A DNA stretch of 64,000 bases. Origin: Eutreptiella sp. 'Long Island Sound 2002' (lineage: Eukaryota; Protista; Euglenida). The position numbers and the translations under genes are program-made. Below the pieces are notes generated by a model, which was given only the letters and a program-made list of their open reading frames with translations, was not told the DNA's origin and ran no database searches. Every line of letters begins with the position of its first letter. Position 1 is the first letter of the stretch. The DNA lies in contig OZ038378.1 of the NCBI GenBank assembly GCA_964036045.1, forward strand, positions 145,700,001 through 145,764,000, written 5' to 3'. This document shows, in pieces, positions 48,301 to 59,730 of the stretch.

Positions 48301-51300
48301 TATTATTGTGCCCACGTAATTACCCGTCTGCTCGCATGACTGCGCAACGCCCAGTATGACTGCCGGACTCCTGCATGGTTGCTGACATAGTTACGGCCAC
48401 TGCTAATTCCGAGGGCGCCTGGAGTTGAGTGGATGCAAGGCTGCAAGATTGGCGTTGTGAGGCTGGCTTTGCGGCTGTGAGGGCTCCCAAACCCCCTTTT
48501 TGTGGGATCTGGGCGACCAGAAATCACCTCAAAGAGAGGTTGTTAGATCAAGCGCAGGCGCGGGCGTTGTATACCCCCCCTTTTTTGGGGTCATTCGCGT
48601 AGCATACCCCAAGGCATGATATTGGATGTCCAACCCCTTGTAAAATCATTATTTTGCCCAATAAGAGCATGCCCCAATGGATTTTTTGATTCTGAGGCCT
48701 CTATCCCCTAAAACTGGATATCACTTTTTTGAGGGGGGGGGGTTTGGTTTGGTTTGGATCTCGGCTTGCGCCAAAGGTGGTGACCCACGGCCAGTGTGCC
48801 CGTACCTCACCGGCTCGACTGGGTACCCCCCCTGGTTGTCTGGTCTCACAGCCGCCCAGAATGCTGACGATCCCCGTACCTCGTCAAGGCGCTGACGAGA
48901 GGGAGATACCCCGTGCCTGTATGTGTAGGCGCGCGTGCCGTGGGGGGTCCTTGCGGGGGGGGGGGGGGGGGCTTTCAAGGTAGGGGCACACCTTTTGTCG
49001 TTCTCCTGCGGGCCGTGGTTGGCGCGTGTGGGGGGTTGTGTGTGCCCGGTGCTCCGGGCCCCAGCAGCGGGGCATGGGTGCCCTACCCAGAGGCTGCTGA
49101 GGGAGTCTGTGGGTCGGGTGACCTGCAGCTTCCTCCCGCCCACGACTGAACCCCAGAGGGGTGCACGGGGCGTGTGGTCTGAGGTGCTCCTTGATTGACC
49201 CAGAGGGTCACAGGCAGCGTTGCACAGAGTGCCAGACCGGCTGGGAGCGTCCCACTAGAAGGAAGGTCCTGGGCCGTGCTGAGCACTTCCCTGCCCCAGG
49301 AGCACTCTAGGGAGCGGAGCTCCCAGTGAGCCTGCTGCGCCCTGGTCACCTCTGACGAGGCGGGACCCCAAGGGTGACACCGCTTGCCACCCCTCCTGTG
49401 TTTGAGGGGGGGGGGGGATGGGGGGTGGGGGGTGGGGGTCAAAAGTTTTCGCTCAGAAGGCTCCAAGCAGTGGGGAGGCATAACGCCGTCACACCAACGC
49501 CGGTCGAATGGTAACGCAGCCGACGCACAGTTTTTGGTCGGCGGTTCGATTCCTGTTGGGGCGACTGTTGCCAGCAGCGGCGGCTGGCACCAGATTCAAC
49601 CGGAACCGCCGACCAAGAAGACTCCGGCCGGCTGCATTACCATTCAGCCACTGCTTGGTCTGAGGTGAAAGGTCTCCCCACTGCTTAGGGCCGCGTCTGC
49701 CACTGACAAAAAGCCCAAACTGTGTGTTTCTGAATGACTGACTGCTGGCCTGGCTAAGGGACTGATTGGCTGACTGTCAACCTCTCTTTGAGGTGCACTG
49801 CCGAAGGCAATAGGATTTGCTCTGGGGGAGGGGGGGGGGGCTCGGTCAGAAAATGGGCTGACAAGTCCAAGAGCCAATTTTGTTTGTTGTTGCCCCATGC
49901 TGATAGGTGGAAAAATCACCTCGAAGAGAGGTTGTTAGATCAAGCGCAGGCGCGGGCGTCATATACCCCCTTTTTTTGGGGTCATTCGCGTAGCATACCC
50001 CAAGGCATGATATTGGATGTCCAACCCCTTGTAAAATCATTATTTTGCCCAATAAGAGCATGCCCCAATGGATTTTTTGATTTTGAGGCCTCTACCCCCT
50101 AAAACTGGATATCACTTTTTTGAGGGGGGGGGTGGGGGGGGGTGGGGGGGGTGGGGGGGGGGGGGGGTGGGGGGGGGGGTCAAAAGTTTTTGCTTAATAG
50201 GCTACAAGCAGTGGGGACGCACAACAGTGGTAACATGGCCAGCGGTCCAATGGTAACTCAGCCGGTGCCAGATGTGCAGGCGTCGGTTCGAATCCCGATC
50301 TGCTGACTTTTAGCGCCACCGCCAGACTGGGGTTCGAACCGACGCCCACACAGATGTCGGTCGGCTGCGTTACCACTCGGCCACTACGTGCATTGCATCA
50401 TAGGGCCTCCCTGCTGCTTGGGGCCGCATCTGCCACTGACAAAAAACCCAAACTGTGTGTATCTGTCTGACTGCCTGCTTGCTGGCTCAGGGACTGATTG
50501 GCTGACTGTCAACCTCTCTTCGAGGTGCACTGCCGAAGGCAATAGAATTTTTTGAAAAAAGTTTTTAACCCCCACTTGTGTATGTTCAAAGTGAGCAGCG
50601 CGTCATGGGGATTGTTTTGTATGTTGGGGTACCCAGCGACCCCCTGGCCGCACCCCAGGCATAGTAGAGGCAAACTCGGGAGCCCATGGTGGTGGGGGGG
50701 GGGTTTGGAAATTGGGCTTTCCAAGTCCCCCCCGCCCCCCAACCCCATTTTCTTCCCGCCCTGGGATGGCATTCCTCAAGTGCCCTTCATACTGCAGGCT
50801 GCACCCGAGGAACAACATTACCATCATTCAGGCTGTCCTCCGAAAGCTGTGGACAGCCGGAGACAAGCCTTTTTGCAGTGTGGCGCACAACCCAGGAGAG
50901 TGGGGGTGGGGCTGGGAATGTCGGGTTTTCACTTCCGGGAGTAGGGGGGGGGGTCAATAGAGCCCCCCAAAACTGGGGGGGGGGGTTCGGGAAAAGGGCA
51001 CAATTGACAGGCACCATTAATCAGTCATTATGAAGTCTGGTGCCAAAGGCGCCAAAAACTTTTTTGAGCACTAAAATTGGTCCATTTTTTTCACAAAATA
51101 TATGGCAAATGATGACTTTTCTGAACCCCCTCGACGCGCTGATTCCAAAAATCCCATTTTCTTTTTTTTTTCCGATTTTTGGGTCTAGGTCACCTCCGGG
51201 GCCGGGGGGGTCAGTCTTGGTAGGATTTTGGGGCTCCTGTCAATTGAGCCCTTTTTGGGGGAGGGGGGGGTCCGGCCGGAGGGCTCTATCGACCCCCCCC

Positions 51301-54300
51301 CCCCCCGAAACGAAAAACCGGCCTCCCCTGGGGGTGTTTTGGGGCCGGTTCTTGAGAAGGGGACCCCCCCCCTCTTCCCCCGTGGGCGTATGCCAACGGT
51401 GGGGGTGGTGTAAGGGCTGGCCGAGGGGTTGTTCTCGGTGCCAAAGGCGCTGCAAGAAATTTGCTTTAAATTTCCCCACGTCTGGGGGTGTAGTGGGTGC
51501 TGTGCAAAAAATGAGGCCCATTCTCAGGACCCCAAATGTTAGAAAAGCCTACGCTAGCCCCCCAAAGCCGGTTCCAAATGCAGGTTCCTACACTTTGTTG
51601 ATCACCAAGAGCATGTTCAATGTGGTGTGCGAGATGTGGGTGGATGTGTTCCAGGTTGAGCCTTACCTCTGGCACAAATTTTGACAGCCCCCGGCAGCCT
51701 CCGGCAGACAGGAAGATGTGCATCCGGCGGCCGCCGGCAGAGATTTGGGTCACATCTGGCGGCCGCCGGCAGAGATTTGGGTCACATCCGGCGGCCGCCG
51801 GCAGAGATTTGGGTCACATCCGGCGGCCGCCGGCGCAGAGGAAACACCACTCTCCTAGAAGCATAAGTAGACGTTTCTGGGAGGGCAGCGGGGCCGGAAA
51901 CTTGCGGCCACCCACCTCCTTGGCAAGGGGAGGCACACTTGGATACCGTCGCCCCGGACGAAGATGAGTGTGGATGCATCCGGCAGAGAATTGTGTCGCA
52001 TCCAGCGGCCTCCGGCGCGGAGGTGCGCTCTCCTCCGGCGGCCATCGGTACGGCTCATCTCTGATGTGTTCCTCTTTCCAGCGACACAAATACATGACAA
52101 GGTTCATGGTCACCACCCTGCTGTCACTAGGAAACCAACGTCCTCTGTGGATTCTATGTATGGGCCAGCACTCCAGCCCTGAAGTTGCACTCTCGGATCG
52201 TCGCCCATCACCGGCCCTGGGCGGGGGGGGGGGGCGGGCCGGTCCTAGCACGCAACCCCCCCCCCCGAGTTTCGGGAGATAGTGGGGGGCTGGGTCACAG
52301 CGGGAGCGGTTGTAGCCCCCCCCCCCCCGTGTCACCAGCATTTCCTTCCCAGCAATGGCCCACAGGGAGCTGCGTACTGTTCCGATTGCCCTAGCAAGTA
52401 GGATTGACAGCCATTCCGTGTCCCAAAGCTGGGCTTGCTCAAAGTGAGTATGGGATGCCCACTACAAAGAGCTCCTCAAGGCCCTTGGTGATTCAAATTA
52501 GGATACCCTCATACCAAAAGCCAGCAACTGAATGTTCTCTCCCTCAATGTCTTGCTGATCAGTGCCCCTGTTGCCTTCCTTAGGGGTATTGTCTGATCCT
52601 GCAGGGGCTGTGCAGGTTGGTTTGCACGGGGGGACTGACCGGCGACCATGCGACATTCGATAGCCCAGAGGGTGAGCTCAAGCCAAGGTCTTGCACAGTG
52701 GCAGCCTCCATCGGCAGGGTTAAATACGGTAGAAATCCTACCCCCCCCCCCCTTGCGCATGCACGGCCTTGTCTAAGCACGGGTGGGCGTTGAACCGCCG
52801 CTTTGAGGAAATTTTGGGACCGCTGTTTGTGTGGTCCAGAATGGAGGATTGGGTGTTTGTGGGGCGTTTGTACAGGGAAAGAGGGGCTCAGTCATGTCTG
52901 TGATGGTGCATTGTGTTCATAATAACATTGGCGTTGAACCGCCGTTTTTGGCCTGACTTCTGGACCGCGGCCGTGCTTGCGCAAGGGGGGGGGGGTACAT
53001 TGTGAGAATCTGGGTATCCTGTGCAATGTGCTCAACCGTCCAGCACTGAAGTTCTGAAACCTCTCTTACAGTGAGCAACCTTCAATGAGACAAAGGGATT
53101 TTCTGAATTGGGACATAATTAACACCTGAGTTTCAAGGATTGGGACGCATTGAATAGCGGCATATTTTGGCGATTGACATTTTTCCACGGACATTTTTTT
53201 CACCCCTCAGTGTGTGAACACAGAGAGTCTACGGGGGTGATTCCTAAGGTTGATGGCTGTTGTGGGGGCCAGGCAATCGGTTTCAAAAGTCGGTGGGTAG
53301 GTCCTGGCCTTCAACCGCCGTGTTCCCCCCTTTGTTGTATGCGTACCTGTGCACTCATGATTTGCTGTGAGATGTGCTGCATTACGCGCGCGCGCGCCGC
53401 ACCCCCAGCGCGTGCCGCACCCCCACGGCCCGCACTTGTCCTCAGGTGACGGGCTCGTCACCTCCGGGGGATCGGCACGCAACATTTGGCTGAACGCGGC
53501 GCTGCACCGGGCCACAGGGCTGCCCGTCCACACCCCGTCCCTCCCGGGCGATGAGAGCATGGCCGTGGCGATGCTGTACGCCCACGCCCGCCCCCCGGCC
53601 GCCGCGCCCCCCCTCCCGCTGGGCCTCCCCCTCGAGGACCTGCCCCGACTCGAGGCGTTGGCGGGGCGTACGGCGCCACAAAGGCCGCCCCCTCTCGGGT
53701 CTGTCCTGTCGCGCGGTGACCGCCCTGACTGCGTGCGGAACGTTGTGGGCAGTCAGAGACAGGCCCTCGCTTAGTGCAGTGCACACCCCACGGAAGGGGG
53801 CGTGAGTGTGTGTTAGCGATGTCAGTGAGACATCACACGAAGGTGCTCGCTGATGGAGAGGGATGACTTGGTTGAACCCAGGTTGCAGTGAGCCCCGAGC
53901 ACCAGTCGCTGAATGTGTCCTGTCTGTGTGTTGCTGTGTGTTGGGTGTGTTAGTGTCTGATCCTGGTCTGTGCTGCAGTTTGCGCTGCAGGATCTGAAGA
54001 GTGCTCTGCAAATACTCCAAGTGTGCACCCACTGTTTGTATTGTACTGTATTGTATACTGCAAGAGAGTGTGTGTGCGCGGGGGGGGGGGGGGGTTTGAC
54101 TGCAGCGGTCTGGGATTGGTGGACTGGGGGATCCACTGGGGGTGGGGGCCGTGGTTAGAAGCATGAGAGCGTTGAACGATGTGTCCGATGTTCTGTAGAG
54201 TAAATCACCTTGAAGAGGGTTGTTAGATCAAGCGCAGGTGCAGGCGCCATATACCACCCTTTTGGGGGTCATTCGCAAAGCATACCCCCAAGCTATGGTA

Positions 54301-57300
54301 TCAGATGTCTGTCCCCTTGTAAAATCATCAATTTATGACAGAAAATGATCCCCCAATGATTTTTCGATTTTGATCCTCTAACCCCCCGTACCTGAGTGCG
54401 CCTTTTGGGGGGGCTGGGGTGGGGGGGGGGGGGTCAAAACTACTTTGCTTATTGCGGCCGCTGTGTGTGGATTTGGACCCAGGTCCGGGGCGACTTTTCT
54501 CTTGTACATGGACCCCCTGACCCATGGCGGGGGTCCCGGGTCCGAACTCCGGGTACCCCCCGTCGCCCCCCCCTGTGGGCCCTTGCCGGTTAGGACTTAG
54601 TGACACCTGCAAGGTTTCCAAAATTCAATTTTTTCCAAATCCCTTCTGTTGCCCCTGGATGGATTAAGGTGATGATTTGTGACAATACGGGTACTTCGGC
54701 GCCCATGGGGACCCACGCAGTGGCCGCTAGGCCCATATGGCCCGAGCCATGGCCCCCCCCAAGCCCCAAAATTGCTGTTGTTGAGGCTGACATTCTGTAG
54801 AGTAGATTTTGTTGATGTGTCGTCTGAATGAGCCCTCGTGAACAATGCACTCAGGGCACCTCATCTGTCACAGCGGAAGGCGCCGATGGCATTGTCACTG
54901 AAGAGCCTTTTGTTTTGATTTCGTTGCTTTGCGACCTTGTGCTCTGCCGTGTACAGGTCAGCGTTCAACATCTGCATCCCACTGCATCCCACTGCATCCC
55001 ACAGTGGGGGGGGTCCTGCATAATCGACCCCACCCCTGCCCCGTATGCCACTGGGGGATGGTGGGAAGGGCGGGGCTGGGTTTGGCAAAGGCTGGATCGC
55101 ATGCACAACACCGAAGCCCCAGCCTCAGGACGACGACCGTTCCATTGCAGGGGGGCCGGGGAAGGGGGGGGGTGCGCAGCAGCGAGGGCACCGTGGCCGC
55201 CCCGTCCCGCAAGACCGTGCAGATCCCGCACCCGTCTGTGCCCAACGTACGCAATGCCTTGTACTGAAATACGACCGACTGCCGCCGCTTGCGTCGGCCG
55301 GCGACGGCCCAGTGCCCACTTCCGACAGCCTGTCCTGTGCCAAATAAAGTGCACGCACAGTACTGCAAATGGGGCAATGGCATGGGACATGTACACCGGA
55401 GACCATGGCACTTCAGGGCGAAGTTGTGTTCCCCATGATCAAGGGTAGAAAGTTCGGAAAATGTCAGAGCATTCGTTTTTGAATGGTGCCCTGTGCCCCC
55501 CTCACGCACACACCCACATTCACACGTGTGCCCACAAAAACAAACACAAACACAACACAAACACAGACACAAACACAGACACAGACACAGTCACAGACAC
55601 AGACACAGACACAGACACAGACACAGACACGCAAACGCAAACGCAAACGCAAACACAAAGCAAACGCAAACGCCAACACAAACACAAACACAAACACAAA
55701 CACAAACACAAACACAAACACAAACACAAACACAAACACAAACACAAACACAAACACAAACACAAACACAAACACAAACACAAACACAAACACACACCCA
55801 CACACCCACACACCCACACCCCACGCTCACACCTCCACCACAGTCCCCCAATAGCACACCGACAAGCTTGATAGACTGGTCAACCCCCCCCCCCCCAAAG
55901 CCCTGGGTGCCAGAGCACACGTGCTGTCAGGTAGGCCTACAGCCCTGTGCACAGGAGCACAATAGCTGACCCCCACAGCCCTGTGTGCCAAGGGATACAA
56001 GCTGGTAATACCCCTACGCCCTGTGTGCCGGGAGCACAAAACTGGTGTTAACCCTGCCGTTTGCGCCAGAGCCCACAGAGCCCTGTGCGCCGGAGCTCAG
56101 ACTTCAATGGAGAAGCCAAATATGGAAGAAAACATCAAACGAAAACGGATTACCCCCCGTCATTCCCCATCCGGCCCTCAGCTGCTGGGGCACCTCACGT
56201 CTTGGAAGGGACAACTTGTTCCGAAACACTCTTTGCCTCTCAATGTATGGGGCCGCACCGTGCGCTGTGCCCGCGCTGTGCGAAACGTAGGCTATTTTGG
56301 ACCCGTTCCCCCCCGATGGCCAAGGGGACGGCGGTAACCACCGAGTTCCCAGACGCAGGGCGGCTCAGATTCTTACTCAGTCCCAAAACTCAGATAATGA
56401 GTCAACACAACTGATGTTTCCCACTGAAAAGCCAGAACGCTGTCTCTGCCTTATGGACGTATGCCCCCCCGATGGTGTTCAGGGTGGTACCAGGAACGCT
56501 GACGTACCATTGGGCGCCTTGCGGACGCTGTGCCGCACCGCCCCCTCGCCTTCAAAGTGAGCAGCGTGGGGATCGTCTTGAGGTACGTGTGTTTGGGTAC
56601 CTCGAGTGCCCCCCCTTCTGCCCTCCGCCCCCGACGAGGGACCTCTTTCGTTGGATCGAACTTCGTAATCGTCGTTTAGGCCAGTCCGGCGGGGGGACCC
56701 CCCCCCCCCAAAGGACCCCCCCCCACCTCCGCTGTCTGCTCAACCGCCCCCTCCCCCCCCCCCCCCACCTCCGCTGTCTGCTCAACCGCCCCCCCTCCCC
56801 CCTCGTCCCCCCGCTGCCCCCCCCCCCCCCCCCGCGGCCCCGGTTCTGCAGGTGGCGCGCCTTCTGGCAGCCGGGCAAGTCCTGGCGGTCGTCAGGGGCC
56901 GGCAGGAGACCGGGCCGCAGACCCGGGGATACCGCAGCGTCGTCGCGCTGCCCGTGGCCCGCGGACTGCGGCAGGCGTTTCTGCAGCGGCAGAACCGCCC
57001 CTGGGCGGCGTATCTGGACGTGATACTGGACGTCGCCTCGTTCAAGGACGTCATGCCCGCTGCCGGAGGGTACGTGATGTGAAGGGGGGCTGTGGGTCTG
57101 AGAAGGGGGGGGGGCTTCCAGGTCCGGTACGCAGGGGTCTCGGCAGCATTTTGGCGCCAGAGGCACTGGAAGAGGCCCATGGCGGGGGGGGGTATGCTTT
57201 TTGCACCCCCCCCCCTGCCTGTGTGTTTGTTTGTGTTGTGTGTGGTGTGGTGTGTGGTGTGTGTACTGTGTGTTGTAGGTGGTGTGTCCATTCTGCAGAA

Positions 57301-57314
57301 ACACCCGCCCCCCC

Positions 57315-57352
<38 letters not shown>

Positions 57353-59032
57353 GCCTGCCCGCCCGCCCGCCGGCTGGTCGGCCCGCACGCACGTACGCAC
57401 GCACGCACGCACCCACGCACACACACAAACACAGGGGATTGGATTGGATTGGCAAGGAGGGTTTTCTTTACTAGTTTCCCTTGAACTAGCCCCCCCCCCC
57501 CCCAGGGGTACCCCAGCTCCGGAGGACTCTCGTACCCTACCCATACCATTCCTTACCACACTGTCTCCCGTGGGTCTCCCGTGCTGTCTGTACCCTCTCG
57601 CTGCGGGTTCCACCCGCTGTCCCTTTATCAATCCAATCCGTCTTGCCATTTGCACCCTCACCTCCCTTGAGCACGCACAGAAACCCACAATTGCACCATC
57701 GCGCTTCGGGTTTATCACATCGGGTTCATCGATGACTCTGGGTCTCTCTGTTTATTTCAGTTTATGTCCTCCAGTACAGTTGCTGGTACCCCCTCCCCCC
57801 CCTTACGGCGCCCACGTAGGCCCCCCATAATACCCCTTACCCCTTAAGCATTACCACCTTGGAACAGCTTCTGTCCCGTCGGCATATACTTCGTCTCCAC
57901 TTCTGTGAAGGAGGGAGAAACGGGCTGGGGGCACGCCATGCACGCCCTCTTCATCTGTGGTTAGTAGGACCCGTTGGTAGCCCTCCCACTCCACTAATTT
58001 GCACCTGTACCCCCCCCCCCTCCCACTTCCGTAAACAATGTCCAGTGCACCGATTCCCCTCAATGTTTGCGTCGCACTGCCTCCACCTCTTTGTGGGTTG
58101 TAGGGCACCCCTTCCAGCAGGGCTGTCCTTCGGGAGTAAGACATTTCTTGTTCCTTTTTTCCCAGGAAGGACGGCCTGAGGTTTTGGGTGGCAGGATCGC
58201 TGCCAACCGACAGCGCAGGCCTGTGCTTTTACCCGCAAGGAGGAGGGACCACCCCCCCCCCCCCAGACCCAAGGGACCATCGTGGGAAAACATGAAAATT
58301 ACAAGAGGGACAATCTGGTCGGACCATTTGTGGTACACAAACTTTTGGGTCCCTCCCCCCTCCCTTTCAGCACAGCCCTGCGACGGCGGTTGGCTGGAAA
58401 CTGTCCGGTGCAATGCTGAGGCCCCGCGCCCGTTTTTTTGATTTGGCACTGAGCACAGCCCTTTCCACCGCCGCTCTCGGACAGGGATGTATTGGAAGGG
58501 GGAGAGCCCCCCCCCCCCCCCCCTCCAGGTGGCCCAGGCACTGTCCCCCTAATGGCAGGTGCCAGCTTCAACGGCATTTGTAACTGACAGTAACCGCCCC
58601 CAACCGCTTCGGCAACCTCCTCCAACCGCCTGCCTAACCGCCTCGGAGGTACCTTCCCTTACGATGCTCCCTGCTCTCGGATTCTCCCGCCTCCACAGGT
58701 TCGGCAAGCTGGACTTGGGGCCTGCCGAGTGCCAGCAGCTCCCAGAGCTCTGCTTCCCGCCCGCCCCGGGCTTCACGCTGCCCCCCGACATCGCGCAGTA
58801 CCGGACGCTGGGGCCGGAGGAGGCGTGGTACCGCGCGGTCCTGCGGGAGCTGCAGCCGCGGGTCCCGCGCCCGGCGCTGGTGCTGGCCCCGTTCGTGGCC
58901 AAGGGGGACGGCCTGCGGGTGCGCAGCGCGGCGGCGGCGGTGCGGGAGTGGGCGGCGGACGGCGGCATCGCAGCGCTTGTGGTCGACGACTGGCTGTTCG
59001 CCTGGAAGGGGCGGCACGTGAATGGGACGTGA
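30052..59032 (+). CDS. NodU/CmcH/TobZ-family carbamoyltransferase-like protein with N-terminal signal/anchor; 7 exons, ~624 aa
   Basis: Model 30052-30345, 34964-35228, 40896-41080, 46700-46954, 53409-53732, 56852-57069, 58699-59032 totals 1875 nt, is phase-consistent and all GT-AG; family motifs occur in the correct order. Confidence 0.85.
30975..31190 (+). repeat. ~210-bp dispersed repeat, second copy at ~48040-48248
   Basis: Shared aagacacaccctgcgactgca..gcggtccgcaattgtgcg. Confidence 0.85.
31243..33872 (+). repeat. Satellite of 10-11-bp subunits (ccgcaatttt / ccgcaattgtt / cggcaattt)
   Basis: Directly visible; a further short tract at 34715-34850. Confidence 0.95.
33878..34715 (+). repeat. 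CACCTCGAAGAG-family element with tandem ~185-bp units; related copy at 54205-54780
   Basis: Shared atcacct..ttagatcaagcgcagg start and gggtccgaactccgggtacc core. Confidence 0.75.
34964..35228 (+). CDS. Carbamoyltransferase exon 2
   Basis: HHFLHAALGLYDSPFRNALIVTIDGG fits HHxAHAxxAFYxSPF..DGxG; ccacag|GTC and GAAG|gtgctg. Confidence 0.9.
35522..39394. mobile_element. Putative non-autonomous TIR element carrying the 31-bp satellite, TTAT TSD
   Basis: tgattaaa.. / ..tttaatca ends flanked by ttat on both sides; interrupts a repeat that is contiguous at 56250-56520. Confidence 0.5.
36105..39228 (+). repeat. 31-bp tandem satellite (ccaggaaataatagcaaccatccagaaccca)n, ~100 copies
   Basis: Directly visible; variant units recur at offsets of 961 and 775 bp. 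Confidence 0.97.
40620..40853 (+). mobile_element. ~234-bp CCAACCG-rich insertion flanked by a 53-bp direct duplication
   Basis: 40567-40619 matches 40854-40906 with 1 mismatch. Confidence 0.7.
40896..41080 (+). CDS. Carbamoyltransferase exon 3
   Basis: CTNVWLGDRRNHSITKL..LGVSYAVFSGL; cacag|GA (phase 1) and AAG|gtctgc. Confidence 0.75.
42030..42397 (+). repeat. Minisatellite (cacatcctacacactgtgat..)n
   Basis: Directly visible. Confidence 0.9.
42400..43180 (+). repeat. 13-bp minisatellite (ccccttatgacca)n
   Basis: Directly visible. Confidence 0.95.
43183..43462 (+). repeat. 280-bp repeat with an inverted copy at 46983-47262
   Basis: agcactggtactgcaatc..cttgagccatatgc is reverse complementary to gcacatggctcaag..gattgcagtaccagtgct; adjacent 43540-43780 is an inverted copy of 28345-28580. 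Confidence 0.85.
46700..46954 (+). CDS. Carbamoyltransferase exon 4
   Basis: FLATLQSVAETALEEAV fits D.AAS.Q...E; gcacag|TGC and CGG|gtacgc. Confidence 0.75.
48525..49795 (+). mobile_element. MITE-like element with 18-bp inverted repeat CACCTCAAAGAGAGGTTG, internal insert and tRNA-like pair
   Basis: Perfect IR 48525-48542 / 49778-49795; flanking sequence is shared with other copies, so the true ends may lie further out. Confidence 0.7.
49494..49654. other. Convergent pair of tRNA-derived units (not functional tRNAs)
   Basis: Forward unit gtcgaatggtaa..ggttcgattcc; reverse unit gtggctgaatggtaa..ggcggttcc. Confidence 0.55.
49917..50527 (+). mobile_element. MITE-like element with 18-bp inverted repeat CACCTCGAAGAGAGGTTG and tRNA-like pair
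   Basis: Perfect IR 49917-49934 / 50510-50527. Confidence 0.7.
50238..50387. other. Convergent pair of tRNA-derived units
   Basis: Forward ggtccaatggtaa..ggttcgaatccc; reverse tggccgagtggtaa..ggttcgaacccc (A-box and B-box like). Confidence 0.6.
51714..51835 (+). repeat. ~32-bp tandem repeat (catccggcggccgccggcagagatttgggtca)x3-4
   Basis: Directly visible. Confidence 0.9.
53409..53732 (+). CDS. Carbamoyltransferase exon 5 (both boundaries less certain)
   Basis: LVTSGGSARNIWLNAAL..VHTPSLPGDESMAV fits GGxAxN..N..PxxxD.G; acceptor and donor chosen for phase compatibility. Confidence 0.75.
55535..55800 (+). repeat. Compound (CACAGA)n/(CACAAA)n microsatellite
   Basis: Directly visible. Confidence 0.95.
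56852..57069 (+). CDS. Carbamoyltransferase exon 6 (start of the YrdC-like C-domain)
   Basis: VARLLAAGQVLAVVRGRQETGPQTRGYRSVVALP fits A.LL..G....QGR.EFGPRALG.RSILA.P; ctgcag|GTG and GG|gtacgt. Confidence 0.9.
58699..59032 (+). CDS. Carbamoyltransferase exon 7 with stop codon
   Basis: AQYRTL..WYRAVLREL..PALVLAPFVAKGD..AAV..IAALVVDDWLF fits the family C-terminus; ccacag|G (phase 2). Confidence 0.85.
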
Positions 59033-59269
59033 CGGCCGCGATCGAGGGCGGGCCTGGACACGAGCCAGTCCCGTGATCCTTCGGGCCGTCACGGTCGTCG
59101 GGAGTGGGGGTGAGCAACGGCGATGTCCGGGCAGGAGGGGAGGTGGGGGGGGGGGGGGTAAGTTGATGACCTTCAGCTGCGGTTGGCAATCACACAGCCC
59201 CGTGGCCCGTTCGCAGGTTTCTGATTTGTGCAGAGCCACGGAGGCGAAGGATTCACACCATTTCCCACC

Positions 59270-59730
59270 CAAAACTCCATTCGAAGGTGGACTAGAGCGG
59301 GTCAAAATGGGCTCAAAATGAGTTGAATTCACCATTTGCGCACCCCAAATGGACTAGGATCATTTTTGCAAAAGCATGTTTTTGACCCACTTTTGAGCTA
59401 CTTCTTGTCCCAAAGTGGCACATTTTAAAGGACTTTTGGAATTTCACAGGGGCCAAAATTGCTCAACATGGGGTCAAAATGGGATCACTTCACTTGTTTA
59501 AGCACCCCAAATGCTCCAGGATCATTTTTGGAATCACACGTTTTTGACCCATTTTTAACCCATTTTTGGTCCCAACGCAGCTAATAATAAATTTTCAAGG
59601 TCTTTTGGGATTTTTGGAAGACGAAAACTAGCCACCAGAAGGTCAAAGCGGGCTCGGAGCACTTGTTTGAGCAGCCCAAACTTGGTGGTCTAGGAACAAG
59701 TTTGGAAAAATCATTTGTGACCATTTTTGG
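59270..59730 (+). repeat. Dispersed repeat (caaaatgggctcaaaa..ggatcattttt); related copy at ~63340-63620
   Basis: Shared cgaaggtggactagagcgggtcaaaatgggctcaaaa. Confidence 0.75.

Noticed and set aside
49494-50387. Functional tRNA genes
   Set aside because: Anticodon arms and acceptor stems are irregular, and the units lie inside a dispersed repeat
53446-53446. Acceptor tcctcag|GT as the start of exon 5
   Set aside because: Phase 1 is incompatible with the phase 0 end of exon 4 unless a micro-exon exists; 53409 is used instead and remains uncertain
55461-55969. Poly-HK/TN/TQ/VF ORFs (and the poly-G/H/P/V ORFs near 28.2 kb)
   Set aside because: Microsatellite translations
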